Assembly (NCBI GenBank): GCA_002385625.1
Contig: DGDV01000021.1
Coordinates: forward strand, 5,474 to 69,473
DNA: 64,000 bases
Direction: 5' to 3'
Origin: Firmicutes bacterium UBA3943
Lineage (GTDB): Bacteria > Bacillota > UBA4882 > UBA10575 > UBA3943
Part shown: piece after piece, positions 20,528-32,783 of the stretch
Numbering within the stretch: the stretch's first letter is position 1
Layout: each line of letters opens with the position of its first letter
Program-made: the position numbers and the translations under genes
The notes under the pieces: model-generated
What the model was told of the DNA's origin: nothing
The model's input: the letters and a program-made list of their open reading frames with translations, nothing else
Database searches by the model: none

Positions 20528-21322
20528 TTGCCGAAAAGCTTCATCTCCGATATGGACGGAGTGGTCTATAAAGGCAACCAACTGGTGCCTGGGGCCGATG
20601 AGTTTGTGGAGAAACTGAAACGAGGCGGCCATAAGTTCCTGTTTCTGACCAACAACTCGCGGCATACACCCCTTGATCTCCGGCGCAAAATGAAGGATTT
20701 AGGCATTGAGCTTGAGGAAAAACACTTTTACACCTCTGCGCTGGCTACGGCAGCCTTTTTAAACATGCAAAAACCAAAGGGCTCTGCTTATGTCATCGGG
20801 GATGCGGGTTTGACCAAAGCCCTCTATGACGTGGGCTATTCCATTACTGAGCGCAATCCCGACTATGTGGTGGTGGGGGAGACGCTCAATTACAACTTCG
20901 AACAGATCCAAAAGGCCATCTTTTTCATTGAAAGGGGTGCCCGCTTTATTGCTACCAACCCCGACCTGACGGGGCCGACGGAGCACGGGATTATGCCGGC
21001 CTGCGGCGCCTTGACGGCCCCCATTGAACGGGCGTCCCGGCGCAAACCCTATTATATCGGGAAACCCAATGCCTTAATGATGCGGATTGCCCTGCGTATG
21101 TTGGGTGATCATTCGGAAAACACGGTGATGATTGGCGACCGGATGGACACGGACATTGTGGCCGGCCTGGAGACTGGCCTGACCACCTGTCTGGTGTTAA
21201 CGGGCGTTACCTCACCAGAAGCTTTGAAATACTTTCCCTATCGTCCCGATTACATCTTCGACAGTATCAAGGACATTGATCCGGAGGACTTGGCGGCTAA
21301 TGCACGGGAGAAAACGGCTTAA
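20528..21322 (+). CDS. HAD-IIA family hydrolase (NagD/YutF-like sugar phosphatase)
   Basis: FISDMDGVVYKGNQLVPGA...FLTNNS...GKP...GDRMDTDI. The likely start is TTG 20528 after GAGGTG, inside ORF 20468-21322. Confidence 0.85.
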   Translation: MPKSFISDMDGVVYKGNQLVPGADEFVEKLKRGGHKFLFLTNNSRHTPLDLRRKMKDLGIELEEKHFYTSALATAAFLNMQKPKGSAYVIGDAGLTKALYDVGYSITERNPDYVVVGETLNYNFEQIQKAIFFIERGARFIATNPDLTGPTEHGIMPACGALTAPIERASRRKPYYIGKPNALMMRIALRMLGDHSENTVMIGDRMDTDIVAGLETGLTTCLVLTGVTSPEALKYFPYRPDYIFDSIKDIDPEDLAANAREKTA

Positions 21323-21330
21323 CAGGAAAG

Positions 21331-21356
21331 ACCGGCATGGATGTGCCGGTTTTTTG
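21331..21356 (+). terminator. intrinsic terminator
   Basis: ACCGGCA (21331-37) pairs with TGCCGGT (21344-50), followed by TTTTT. Confidence 0.75.
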
Positions 21357-21461
21357 CCTAAATGGCGGGCCGTTTACACTTGTCACCGGTCCTTAGGGAA
21401 CCGCGGAATAGGGAAATCCTAAAGCGCGGAATGCTAGTAAGAACATAAGGAGGGGCAAACC

Positions 21462-21701
21462 ATGGAGGACCCCCGGCAGGGCCCCCGGCTTGATCCGGAA
21501 TTGTTACGGCATCTAAAATTTTACGGCACCATCGGGATGGATATTGCCTCCGGCACCTTCCTTGGTTTTGCTGTCGGAACATACCTCGATAGCCGTTACG
21601 GCACCTCCCCGGTGTGGTCCGCCGTCTGCCTGCTGTTGGGGGCGACCGTCGGATTTTACGGGGTATTCCGGTTGGTCATGCGGGAAGTTAAACGCCGGTG
21701 A
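21462..21701 (+). CDS. atpZ: AtpZ/AtpI-family small membrane protein (ATP synthase operon gene 1)
   Basis: 79 aa with two TM helices (...GMDIASGTFLGFAVGTYLDSRYGTSPVWSAVCLLLGATVGFYGVFR...). First gene of the atp operon. Confidence 0.7.
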   Translation: MEDPRQGPRLDPELLRHLKFYGTIGMDIASGTFLGFAVGTYLDSRYGTSPVWSAVCLLLGATVGFYGVFRLVMREVKRR

Positions 21702-21841
21702 TTTTTGTTGAGAAAAGGAAGCTGCCGGAGAAAGACGGTTAAATCTTTAACAAAGTTGGTCCTGCTTAAGCTAGGAGGATTAATTTAAAGTCTTTGACGT
21801 TTGCTTATTTAAAGAAATAGGGTTAAAGTAGGGGATATCCG

Positions 21842-22219
21842 GTGGAAAACATGGAAATAGCGGTTAACAGAGGTATTTTTCGGACATTATTGCATAACAT
21901 TGCCCTGTTGTTATTGTTGCTTGTTGGCGGTCTTGCCGCCAAAGGCGGTGGGGTGGTCGGGGTTTTGGCAGGCTGGTCAATATCGCTCCTGAACAGGCGC
22001 AGTCTGCTTTGTTGTCTCGGACGGGGGAATCTGCCCTCCCTCCCCGCCCGGTTGCGTCGGAACACCGTCGGACGCATGGTCATGTCCTTTGCGGCCTTGG
22101 CGATTATAGTAAAGATGGTTCCGGCGGCCTTTGGGTGGGCTGTTGGGGCTTGGCTGACAAACCAGACCATCTGGTTCCTCTCTTTGGCTGGTCTGATGCT
22201 GGAAAAAGGGGATGGTTAA
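21842..22219 (+). CDS. atpI: ATP synthase protein I
   Basis: 125-aa hydrophobic protein immediately upstream of, and overlapping, atpB. Confidence 0.65.
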   Translation: MENMEIAVNRGIFRTLLHNIALLLLLLVGGLAAKGGGVVGVLAGWSISLLNRRSLLCCLGRGNLPSLPARLRRNTVGRMVMSFAALAIIVKMVPAAFGWAVGAWLTNQTIWFLSLAGLMLEKGDG

Positions 22220-22976
22220 TTTGGAGATTAGGGTCGGCGAGCATATCACCGGTCATTTGCTGGGCCTCCCGTTTCACTGGGATACCCTGATTCAATCCTG
22301 GGTCATTATGTTGGGATTGATTCTGGTCTCGCTATTTGTAACCAGGCGCCTCAATCAGGAAAGACCCCACGGACTCCAGAACATCCTGGAGACGATCATG
22401 GAGTTTCTCCGGGAGCAAATGGCGGAGAACGTGGGTCCTGCCGGTCGGGGAGCCTTTCCTTTTGTGTCCAGCTTGTTCCTGTTTATTCTTTTTTCCAATT
22501 TGATTGGGCTCTTTGGTGTTCCCGGCACCACCGAAATAATCAAATCACCCACGGAAGACCTGGGTTTTACCATTGCCATGGCCTTGCTGGTCTTCGGAAG
22601 CATGCTTTATTATGGTATAAAAGTCCAGGGACTAAAGAAGTATATCCTTAGTTTCTTTAAACCCAATTTTTTGTTCTTCCCCATTCACCTGATTGATCTG
22701 TTGGTTAAACCAGTGACCCTGGCCTTCCGCCTGTTTGGCAATATCTTTGCCGGGGCAGTTTTCCTGTTGATTCTCTTTAAACTCTTGCCTGCGGGCCCGC
22801 CCGTTATTGCACTGATCATTGGTATTTTTGTCGGGGTGATTCAAGCCTATCTCTTTATGATGCTGGCCATGGCCTACATCTCTTCAGCCATGGAGGACAG
22901 TATGGAGGACGAGGAGGCCCAAGAGAAACAAAACCCGCAAATCCCGCCGGCGTCAGAGGGGCCGGGGGTAAGATAA
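22212..22976 (+). CDS. atpB: F0 ATP synthase subunit a
   Basis: 254 aa. Essential Arg context LAFRLFGNIFAG. Acidic C-terminal tail. Confidence 0.93.
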   Translation: MVNLEIRVGEHITGHLLGLPFHWDTLIQSWVIMLGLILVSLFVTRRLNQERPHGLQNILETIMEFLREQMAENVGPAGRGAFPFVSSLFLFILFSNLIGLFGVPGTTEIIKSPTEDLGFTIAMALLVFGSMLYYGIKVQGLKKYILSFFKPNFLFFPIHLIDLLVKPVTLAFRLFGNIFAGAVFLLILFKLLPAGPPVIALIIGIFVGVIQAYLFMMLAMAYISSAMEDSMEDEEAQEKQNPQIPPASEGPGVR

Positions 22977-23019
22977 CCGGTGCTACCCAATGATTATCCG
23001 TAAAGGAGGAACTGTAAAG

Positions 23020-23280
23020 ATGTTAACAGGTAGAGAATTGATTTCGGTTGCATCCATATTGGCGGTGGGTGTCATCGTCAGTGTGACGGCATTGGCCGCC
23101 GGTTTCGGAAACTCCAAAGTGGCCTCCAAAGCTGTGGAGGGTATAGCCCGGCAACCGGAGGCGAAAAACTCCATCTTTACGACCATGCTGATCGGTGTGG
23201 GCTTGGTAGAGGCAACTCCCATTATTGCTCTGGTTGTGGCTTTGATTCTGCTCTATGCCAACCCCTTGTTGGCCCAATAA
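23020..23280 (+). CDS. atpE: F0 ATP synthase subunit c
   Basis: ATG 23020 (MLTGRELIS...) within ORF 22990. Contains ARQPEA loop, carboxylate in GLVEATPI, and LLYANP. Confidence 0.92.
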   Translation: MLTGRELISVASILAVGVIVSVTALAAGFGNSKVASKAVEGIARQPEAKNSIFTTMLIGVGLVEATPIIALVVALILLYANPLLAQ

Positions 23281-23294
23281 AGGAGTGAAGCCCG

Positions 23295-23807
23295 GTGCAA
23301 GTCAATTTATTGGATATTGTCTTTGCCCTTTTAAATTTCCTGATTCTTCTGGGCATCTTGCAACTTGTTCTGTATAAGCCGGTGGTCCGGTTATTGAATG
23401 AACGGGAAGAACGTGTAAAGCGGCAGAACCAGGAGCTTGAAGCAAACCGGCAGAAATTGGCAGCCCTCGAAGAGGAGCTGGAACGGAAGCAGACAGAGTT
23501 GGCGGCCCAGGTTCGCCAGATCCTTGATGATGCCCGGCACCAAGGCCAAAAGACGAAGGAGGAGATTTTGGCCCAGGCCCGGGAGGAAGCCCGGCACATC
23601 CTGTCCCGCGCCGAAGCGGAGGTGCAGCGGGAACGGTTGCGCGCTTGGGAGGAACTCTGGGGTGAGATGGTCAATTTGGTGATTTCGGCCGCCACACGAA
23701 TTGTTGGGGAAGATTTCAACGATGACAAGCATAGGAGACGGATAGAAGAGTTTATCAGTAGTTTGGATCTGCGTCAGATTGGGGAATTGACCAATGAAAA
23801 CGGATAA
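23295..23807 (+). CDS. atpF: F0 ATP synthase subunit b
   Basis: 170 aa. N-terminal TM helix followed by a long charged helix. GTG start. Confidence 0.9.
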   Translation: MQVNLLDIVFALLNFLILLGILQLVLYKPVVRLLNEREERVKRQNQELEANRQKLAALEEELERKQTELAAQVRQILDDARHQGQKTKEEILAQAREEARHILSRAEAEVQRERLRAWEELWGEMVNLVISAATRIVGEDFNDDKHRRRIEEFISSLDLRQIGELTNENG

Positions 23808-25626
23808 ACAAAATGAGAATGTGCAGGCGTACAAGGAGGTTTTATCCCCGGAACGTAGGCGCAGTCTAGCCCTTACTGCCGTTACTGCGGTGGCTCTGGA
23901 AGAAGATGAAGAGGAGATGCTCCGCAACCAACTGGGGAAGGTGTTGGGCAAGCGTCCACGGGTAACCTTTGAAACCAGTTCCCGTCTGATTGCGGGGATG
24001 ATCCTCCGGACCAGGGACCGGGCGCTAGATGGTAGTGTTGGCCGGCAATTGCGCCGCTTGCGTCGCATTCTTCTGGAACATGACCTTCAGCTGGAAACGA
24101 GGCCGGAGATAACCGCTGAGGGGCTGCTGGCGGAGATGCGAAAGATCATTGAAGAATATCAGCCGCAGATGCTCATTGATGATGTGGGCACCGTCGAGGA
24201 ATTTGGTGACGGTGTGGCCCGCATTTCCGGTTTGCACGAGGCCCGCGTCGGTGAGTTGGTGAAATTTCAGAACGGTTCCTTCGGCATGGTGCTGAACCTG
24301 GAGGATAACTATGTCGGGGCCATTGTTTTTGGTGAAGGCTTGGATATTCACTCCGGCGATGCCGTGCGTTTGCTGGGACATATTATTGATGTTCCCGTGG
24401 GTGACGAGATGTTGGGCCGGGTGGTCAATGCCGTGGGTGAACCCATCGACGGGATGGGGCCCATCCATGCCACCAGGCGGCGCCCGTTGGAGTCACCGGC
24501 GCCCGGTATAGCCCAACGGATTCCCGTTAATACCCCGTTACAGACCGGTATTAAAGCCATTGATGCCATGATCCCCATTGGCCGTGGCCAACGGGAGTTG
24601 ATTATCGGCGACCGGCAGACCGGGAAGACGGCTTTGGCGATTGATACCATCCTGAATCAGAAGGATACCGGAGTCATCTGTGTCTATGTGGCGATTGGCC
24701 AGAAAAACTCCACCGTGGCTCAAGTGGTGGAGAAACTGCGGGAGTTTGGCGCCATGGACTACACCGTGGTGGTGGTGGCTTCGGCCAGCGAGTCGGCGCC
24801 CATGCAGTATCTGGCGCCTTACAGCGGTTGCGCCATTGCGGAAGACTTTATGTACCGGGGGAAAGATGTCCTGATCGTCTATGATGATCTGTCAAAACAT
24901 GCCGTGGCCTACCGTAGCATGTCCTTGTTGTTGCGACGACCGCCCGGGCGGGAAGCTTACCCCGGGGATATCTTCTATCTTCATGCCCGGTTGCTGGAGC
25001 GGGCGGCACGGCTGGCGCCGGAACTAGGCGGGGGGTCGCTAACGGCCTTGCCCATTGTGGAAACTTTGGCCGGGGATCTGTCGGCTTATATTCCCACGAA
25101 TATCATCTCCATTACTGACGGCCAGATCTTTTTGGAGGCCGACCTGTTCCATGCCGGGATCCGCCCTGCGATTAACGTGGGGCTTTCGGTTTCGCGGGTG
25201 GGCGGGGACGCTCAGATCACTGCCATGAAAAAACTGGCCCGGCCCCTCCGGCTGGAGCTGGCCCAATACCGGGAACTGGCGTCTTTTGCCCAATTTGGTG
25301 CGGAACTGGATAAAGCTACTAAGCAGCAACTGGCCAAGGGGGAACGGATCATGGCCGTGTTAAAACAGCCCCGTTATGCACCTCTGCCTGTTGAAGAACA
25401 GGTTGTGCTCATCTATGCCTTAGTAAATGGTTATTTTCATGATCTGCAGGTTGAGCAGATCCCTGCGTTTGAAGAGGATTTGTTGACTCATCTCAAACAG
25501 ACCCATGGCAATTTGCTGCAAACCATTAAGAACACCGGTAACATTGAAGGTATTGAGACGGAACTGGCTCAGGCAATTAACGAGGCCAGGCGATTATGGC
25601 TGGGCCAGCAAAAAGCTGTGGAATGA
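23794..25626 (+). CDS. atpA: F1 ATP synthase alpha subunit with N-terminally fused delta (OSCP) C-terminal domain
   Basis: 610 aa. Residues ~24-94 match the delta C-terminal half (...[30 protein letters not shown]). Residues ~105 onward are a complete alpha ([38 protein letters not shown]). No stop or start lies between the two parts. Confidence 0.85.
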   Translation: MKTDKQNENVQAYKEVLSPERRRSLALTAVTAVALEEDEEEMLRNQLGKVLGKRPRVTFETSSRLIAGMILRTRDRALDGSVGRQLRRLRRILLEHDLQLETRPEITAEGLLAEMRKIIEEYQPQMLIDDVGTVEEFGDGVARISGLHEARVGELVKFQNGSFGMVLNLEDNYVGAIVFGEGLDIHSGDAVRLLGHIIDVPVGDEMLGRVVNAVGEPIDGMGPIHATRRRPLESPAPGIAQRIPVNTPLQTGIKAIDAMIPIGRGQRELIIGDRQTGKTALAIDTILNQKDTGVICVYVAIGQKNSTVAQVVEKLREFGAMDYTVVVVASASESAPMQYLAPYSGCAIAEDFMYRGKDVLIVYDDLSKHAVAYRSMSLLLRRPPGREAYPGDIFYLHARLLERAARLAPELGGGSLTALPIVETLAGDLSAYIPTNIISITDGQIFLEADLFHAGIRPAINVGLSVSRVGGDAQITAMKKLARPLRLELAQYRELASFAQFGAELDKATKQQLAKGERIMAVLKQPRYAPLPVEEQVVLIYALVNGYFHDLQVEQIPAFEEDLLTHLKQTHGNLLQTIKNTGNIEGIETELAQAINEARRLWLGQQKAVE

Positions 25627-25780
25627 GGATTTTCTGATCGGAAGGGTTGGTTGAAACCCGGCAAAGAATCAATAATGGGTTACGGGATGGGGCAAGCCGG
25701 GTAAAAAACGGTTATGTTTCAGTGAATTTCCCCGGAGTTCTGGAATGTTATGAAAGGGAAACAGGAGGAAGAGCGTTGGG

Positions 25781-26659
25781 ATGCAGGGAGTATTAGAGAT
25801 ACGCCGCCGGATCCGGAGCGTGCGGGAGATCCACCATATTACCCGAGCGATGAAGATGGTGGCTGCCACCAAGATCAAATATGCCCGGGAGAGGGTGGAA
25901 GCCTCCCGGCCTTTTGCCCGCAAGATCAATGAGGTGTTATTAGACATCTACCATTTGGCCGGCAGGGTGTCGGGCGCCGGTAAGCTCCATCCCTTGATGG
26001 AAACCCGGCCGCCTCGAAAAGTGGCGCTGATTGTCATTACCTCCGATCGGGGCCTGGCCGGGGCCTATAACAGTAATATTCTCCGTTATACCATGGCCCA
26101 CATTCGTAACAGGGCGGATCATCCGGAGTTCGGGATTATAGCTGTCGGGCGCAAGGGACGGGACTATTTTCGCCGTCTTAATCGGCAATTATTGGGAGAA
26201 TTCATCGATGCGCCGGAGATGGCGAGTTTTGCCCGGGCGCGGGAGATTGCGGCCCATGTGATTCCGATGTTTTTGCGGAAAGAAATCGATGAAGTCGATA
26301 TTATATACTCCCGTTTTTATTCCGCCCATAAACAGCGGCCCCGGCTCTTTCGTCTGCTACCCATTGTTCCCGTGGAGCCGGCAGAGCTGCAACCTCTCCG
26401 CGCGGCTTGGGTCTTTGAACCGTCACCCCAGGATATCTTGGAACATCTCATTCCCCGTTATATTGAAGCGGAGATCTACCGGTCGCTGTTGGAAGCGGCT
26501 GCGGGCGAGCAGGGGGCGCGGATGACCAGTATGGGTGCAGCCACTGACAACGCCGAGAAGATCCTGAAGGAGTTAACGCTACAGTACAACCATTCCCGCC
26601 AGTCGCTGATTACGCGGGAACTGACAGAGTTGATGGGCGGAGTGGAGGCCCAGCGTTAG
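25781..26659 (+). CDS. atpG: F1 ATP synthase gamma subunit
   Basis: MQGVLEIRRRIRSVREIHHITRAMKMVAATK...ITRELTELMGGVEA. 292 aa. Confidence 0.93.
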   Translation: MQGVLEIRRRIRSVREIHHITRAMKMVAATKIKYARERVEASRPFARKINEVLLDIYHLAGRVSGAGKLHPLMETRPPRKVALIVITSDRGLAGAYNSNILRYTMAHIRNRADHPEFGIIAVGRKGRDYFRRLNRQLLGEFIDAPEMASFARAREIAAHVIPMFLRKEIDEVDIIYSRFYSAHKQRPRLFRLLPIVPVEPAELQPLRAAWVFEPSPQDILEHLIPRYIEAEIYRSLLEAAAGEQGARMTSMGAATDNAEKILKELTLQYNHSRQSLITRELTELMGGVEAQR

Positions 26660-28174
<1,515 letters not shown>

Positions 28175-28180
28175 ACGGAG

Positions 28181-28606
28181 ATGGGTGAGAAGATTCAGTT
28201 GGATGTGGTGACCCCCCAGCGGGTTGAGTTTAGTCGGCCGGTGGATATGGTGGTTGCCCCGGGCGTCAATGGGCAGTTTGGCATCCTGCACGGGCATATC
28301 CCTTTGGTGACCCGGTTAGAGGTGGGGATCTTGAAGATCTTCGACAACGACGAGGTTTACCGGATGGCGGTCAGCGATGGGTATTTGGAGGTAACTCCGG
28401 AGAAGGTTGTGGTCCTGGCGGAGGCGGCGGAACTGCCGGAGGAGATCGATGTGGAGCGGGCCCTGGCGGCGAAACGCCGCGCGGAAGAGCGCCTGGCCGG
28501 TTTAACCCGCAGCGACATTGATTTTGTGCGGACGCAAGCCTCACTTCAACGGGCTTTGAACCGCTTGCGCCTGGTGGAAGAGGCAAAGCGCCACGGGGAT
28601 AAATAA
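28181..28606 (+). CDS. atpC: F1 ATP synthase epsilon subunit
   Basis: 141 aa, ...LDVVTPQRVEFSRPVDMVVAPGVNGQFGILHGHIPLVT. Confidence 0.92.
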   Translation: MGEKIQLDVVTPQRVEFSRPVDMVVAPGVNGQFGILHGHIPLVTRLEVGILKIFDNDEVYRMAVSDGYLEVTPEKVVVLAEAAELPEEIDVERALAAKRRAEERLAGLTRSDIDFVRTQASLQRALNRLRLVEEAKRHGDK

Positions 28607-28657
28607 ATTAAAAAATATTTAATCCCCGATTACGAAATGATTAAGGTCGATTATTTC

Positions 28658-28682
28658 CCTTCCGTCCAGGAAGGTTTTTTCT
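28658..28682 (+). terminator. intrinsic terminator of the atp operon
   Basis: CCTTCC (28658-63), loop GTCCA, GGAAGG (28669-74), then TTTTTTCTGTTTTC. Confidence 0.8.
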
Positions 28683-28778
28683 GTTTTCAAGAGAAAATAT
28701 ACTGAACAGCCATATTGTATAAAACGGATTAGTCTGAGGCGGTAAAGCTGCTGCCTTAAACATAAATGGGGAATAGCG

Positions 28779-29819
28779 ATGGAAACAGTAATTTACCGGC
28801 TGCCGGATCCCCGGGAGGATACGTGGCTGGAGCATGCGGCAGAGACTTTGCAACGCGGCGGGTTGGTGGCCTTCCCCACGGAGACTGTTTACGGATTAGG
28901 GGCTGCCATGAGCCATCCGCCGGCCATCCGCCAGGTTTTTACGGTTAAAGTGCGGCCCAATGATAACCCCCTCATCCTCCATATTTATGAACTGGGCCAA
29001 TTGGCGGAAATAGCCAGGGAGATTCCTCCGGTGGCCTACCGTTTGGCGGAGCGTTTTTGGCCGGGGCCGTTGACGCTGGTTCTGCCGGCCCGGCCGGAGG
29101 TGCCGGCGGAGGTTACGGCGGGTTTACCAACTGTGGCCGTGCGCATGCCAAGCCACCCTGTAGCATTGGCTTTACTGCGGAAAACAGGCATTCCGGTGGC
29201 AGCGCCCAGCGCCAATCTTTCCGGCCGGCCCAGCCCCACCACAGGTGATGCTGTGGTCGAGGATCTTTTTGGTGCCATTGACGTGATCATTGATGCGGGG
29301 CCAACCGGTGTCGGTCTGGAGTCCACCGTGCTGGATTTAACCGGTGACCGCCCCCGGGTATTGCGCCCCGGCGGGGTCACCCCGGAAATGCTAGCAGAGG
29401 TCTTTGGCCCGGGGATTGTCGAAGCACCTTGGCGGGTGGAAGCCCAGCGGCCTGCGGCACCGGGCATGAAGTACCGTCATTATGCACCAAAGGCGCCGAT
29501 GAAAGTCTTTGCCGGACCGGTAGAGAAGGTTAGAGAAGCCATCAACGGCTGTCTCCGGATGGATTTGCCCCAAGGGAAAAAGGTGGCTGTGTTAGGGTTT
29601 GAAGACAGCCGGGACCGGTACCCGGGGGCGATCTTTAAGTCCTTGGGGGAGCGGGAGCACCCGGAGGCCGCTGCCCATCGCCTTTTTATGTTGCTTAGGA
29701 CGTGTGACCGGGAGCATGTGGACCAAATCTATGGTGAACTTCCAACCACCCAAGGGGTGGGACTGGCGGTGGTTAACCGCTTGTGGAAGGCCGCCGGAGG
29801 GGATTTGATCGAGTTATGA
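28779..29819 (+). CDS. tsaC: L-threonylcarbamoyladenylate synthase (Sua5/YwlC long form)
   Basis: 346 aa. YrdC-domain motifs FPTETVYGLGA, KVRPNDNPLILHI, SANLSGRPSPT, plus a Sua5 C-terminal domain. Confidence 0.88.
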   Translation: METVIYRLPDPREDTWLEHAAETLQRGGLVAFPTETVYGLGAAMSHPPAIRQVFTVKVRPNDNPLILHIYELGQLAEIAREIPPVAYRLAERFWPGPLTLVLPARPEVPAEVTAGLPTVAVRMPSHPVALALLRKTGIPVAAPSANLSGRPSPTTGDAVVEDLFGAIDVIIDAGPTGVGLESTVLDLTGDRPRVLRPGGVTPEMLAEVFGPGIVEAPWRVEAQRPAAPGMKYRHYAPKAPMKVFAGPVEKVREAINGCLRMDLPQGKKVAVLGFEDSRDRYPGAIFKSLGEREHPEAAAHRLFMLLRTCDREHVDQIYGELPTTQGVGLAVVNRLWKAAGGDLIEL

Positions 29820-30598
29820 AGAGAAAGTTTTTCCGCATTTTTACAGCAACCGTGTTGCTGATATTATTGGGTGGGAACCTGGCGGGGACCGCCACCGCGG
29901 AAGGCGGCTCCCTGCATGATCCTTTGACTGTTGGGGAGCGCTTGACCTATAAGGTTTATTTTGCGGGCATTGCCGCCGGTACCCAGACCATTGAGGTGAA
30001 GGAGAAGTTTAATTACCAGGGATACCAGGTCTACCGCATCAAAACCGCCACCCAATCCAGCGGTGTGGCAAAGTTGCTTTATAAATACGATGAAGAGGGT
30101 GAGTTCCTGCTTGCCGCTGAGGGCTTTTATCCCCTATATTCAAGGCGGCATGTGCTGGATAAGGGTAAAGATTATAAAGAAGAAACCTACTTTCAGCTTG
30201 AACGCAAGCAAGCGGTCTGGGAGCGTGTTTACAAAGACGGCCAGCAGAGACAGGAGCTTTTCTCCATGCCCAAGCCGGCTCAGGATGGGATGTCCATCAC
30301 TTTTTATTTTCGCTCCCGCCCCTGGGAACGGGGGGCTAAGGAGTTTCTTCTCCTGACCAACCGGGGAATCAAGGGTATTGGCTATGCGATTGATAATGAA
30401 CCCAACTTCAAGAGTGCCCTGGGGGTCTTTGCTGCAACCCGTATTTCCTATGAGGAGCAAAAGGATGGCGAGCAACATAAATATACCATCTGGTATACCA
30501 AAGACCGGCAGGCATTGCCCCTGCGCATTTTGGTCAAAAAGAATGTTACCATGGACGCGCGGTTGGTCCGGGTGGAAAAGGCCAATGTTAAGCAGTGA
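29816..30598 (+). CDS. secreted DUF3108-like protein
   Basis: ATG 29816 overlaps the tsaC stop (ATGA). Signal peptide MKRKFFRIFTATVLLILLGGNLAGTATA. The beta-rich sequence resembles DUF3108 (family name from memory). Confidence 0.6.
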   Translation: MKRKFFRIFTATVLLILLGGNLAGTATAEGGSLHDPLTVGERLTYKVYFAGIAAGTQTIEVKEKFNYQGYQVYRIKTATQSSGVAKLLYKYDEEGEFLLAAEGFYPLYSRRHVLDKGKDYKEETYFQLERKQAVWERVYKDGQQRQELFSMPKPAQDGMSITFYFRSRPWERGAKEFLLLTNRGIKGIGYAIDNEPNFKSALGVFAATRISYEEQKDGEQHKYTIWYTKDRQALPLRILVKKNVTMDARLVRVEKANVKQ

Positions 30599-30624
30599 AC
30601 CGTTACCAGTCGGGCAGGAGGAAG

Positions 30625-31338
30625 ATGATGATTCGCAAGATTCTCTTTGTTTGCACGGGTAATACCTGTCGGAGCAGCATGGCTGAGGCCTTGCTCCGGA
30701 AGATGCTCCGGGAAGATTTAGGTGAAGCCGCCAATCAGATTCAGATTCTGTCGGCCGGTACGGGGGCAGTGGAAGGGGAAGGCGCTTCCCGCAATGCCGT
30801 TGCTGTGATGAAAGCGGAGGGCATTGACCTTTCCTTACACCGGGCCCGGCGTCTGCGGCGCGAAGAGATTCTCAAAGCCGATCTGATTTTAACCATGACC
30901 ATGGGTCAAAAGGAAGAGGTTTGCAAACTGGCGCCCGAGGCCCGGGATAAGGTCTATACCCTGCGGGAGTTTGCCGAGGGCGTGCGGGAAGCGGAGGATG
31001 TCTGGCGAGAAGCCGATCGGCTACGGCAGTTATTGGAGGAAAAACGCCGGCGTTTTCTTGATCGGGAGGGCCCAAAATTGGAGGAGTTACGGGAACGCTA
31101 TAATGAGTTGAACCGGCAAAAGAGGGCCCTGGAGGAGGAGTTGCGCCAGATCGAGCAACGAATGGCCCAGGAGGTTGCTGAGGAGCAGAAACAGTTGGAA
31201 GAGGTTTATAATAAGATCCGCCGGATGGAGATACCTGATCCCTTTGGTCAAGGGATCGAATCTTATCAACAATGTGCCAGGGAGATTAAGGAAAGCCTGG
31301 CGAAGGTGGTGGATTCGATTAAAAAATCCATGGGATAG
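30625..31338 (+). CDS. ywlE: low-molecular-weight protein (Arg/Tyr) phosphatase, YwlE-like, with ~83-aa coiled-coil insertion
   Basis: ATG 30625 follows AGGAGG. P-loop VCTGNTCRSSMAE. General-acid loop IPDPFG. A long heptad-like charged insert lies between TLREFAEG and IPDPFG. Confidence 0.8.
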   Translation: MMIRKILFVCTGNTCRSSMAEALLRKMLREDLGEAANQIQILSAGTGAVEGEGASRNAVAVMKAEGIDLSLHRARRLRREEILKADLILTMTMGQKEEVCKLAPEARDKVYTLREFAEGVREAEDVWREADRLRQLLEEKRRRFLDREGPKLEELRERYNELNRQKRALEEELRQIEQRMAQEVAEEQKQLEEVYNKIRRMEIPDPFGQGIESYQQCAREIKESLAKVVDSIKKSMG

Positions 31339-31383
31339 CAGAACACCAAAGACAGGAGAACAGGAGAAGGGATAAGATAAGAG

Positions 31384-32476
<1,093 letters not shown>

Positions 32477-32494
32477 TAAACCTGCTCAGGGAGT

Positions 32495-32527
32495 AATGAG
32501 GCAATGTTAATCTTGCCTCATTTTCTG
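32495..32527 (+). terminator. intrinsic terminator after upp
   Basis: AATGAGGCAA (32495-504) pairs with TTGCCTCATT (32513-22), followed by TTTCTG. Confidence 0.75.
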
Positions 32528-32783
32528 TTATTACCTTCTTCTGCTTTGGCAGGTAGGATCAATTTTTTGTTTTTATTGTCATGGAGCAGGATAGGGCGGC
32601 GTAAGATTCGTTATCATCAATTCATTTGCAGACAGGATTAGAGAAAAAGGTTACTTAAATGCTAATTTGATTTGGTTTGCTTGCAGGGAATAGCAACATT
32701 TTCACGAAGGAAATAAGGAATAAAATGGATTGCCCCATCTTAAGGAGCAGTAGAATTACAAGCATCAGAAGGGGGAGAAAAGA

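Noticed and set aside
25627-25780. 155-nt gap between atpA and atpG with a 7-bp stem (ACCCGGC...GCCGGGT)
   Set aside because: The loop is ~33 nt and no U-tract follows, so there is no evidence for an internal terminator or sRNA. It is probably just spacer.
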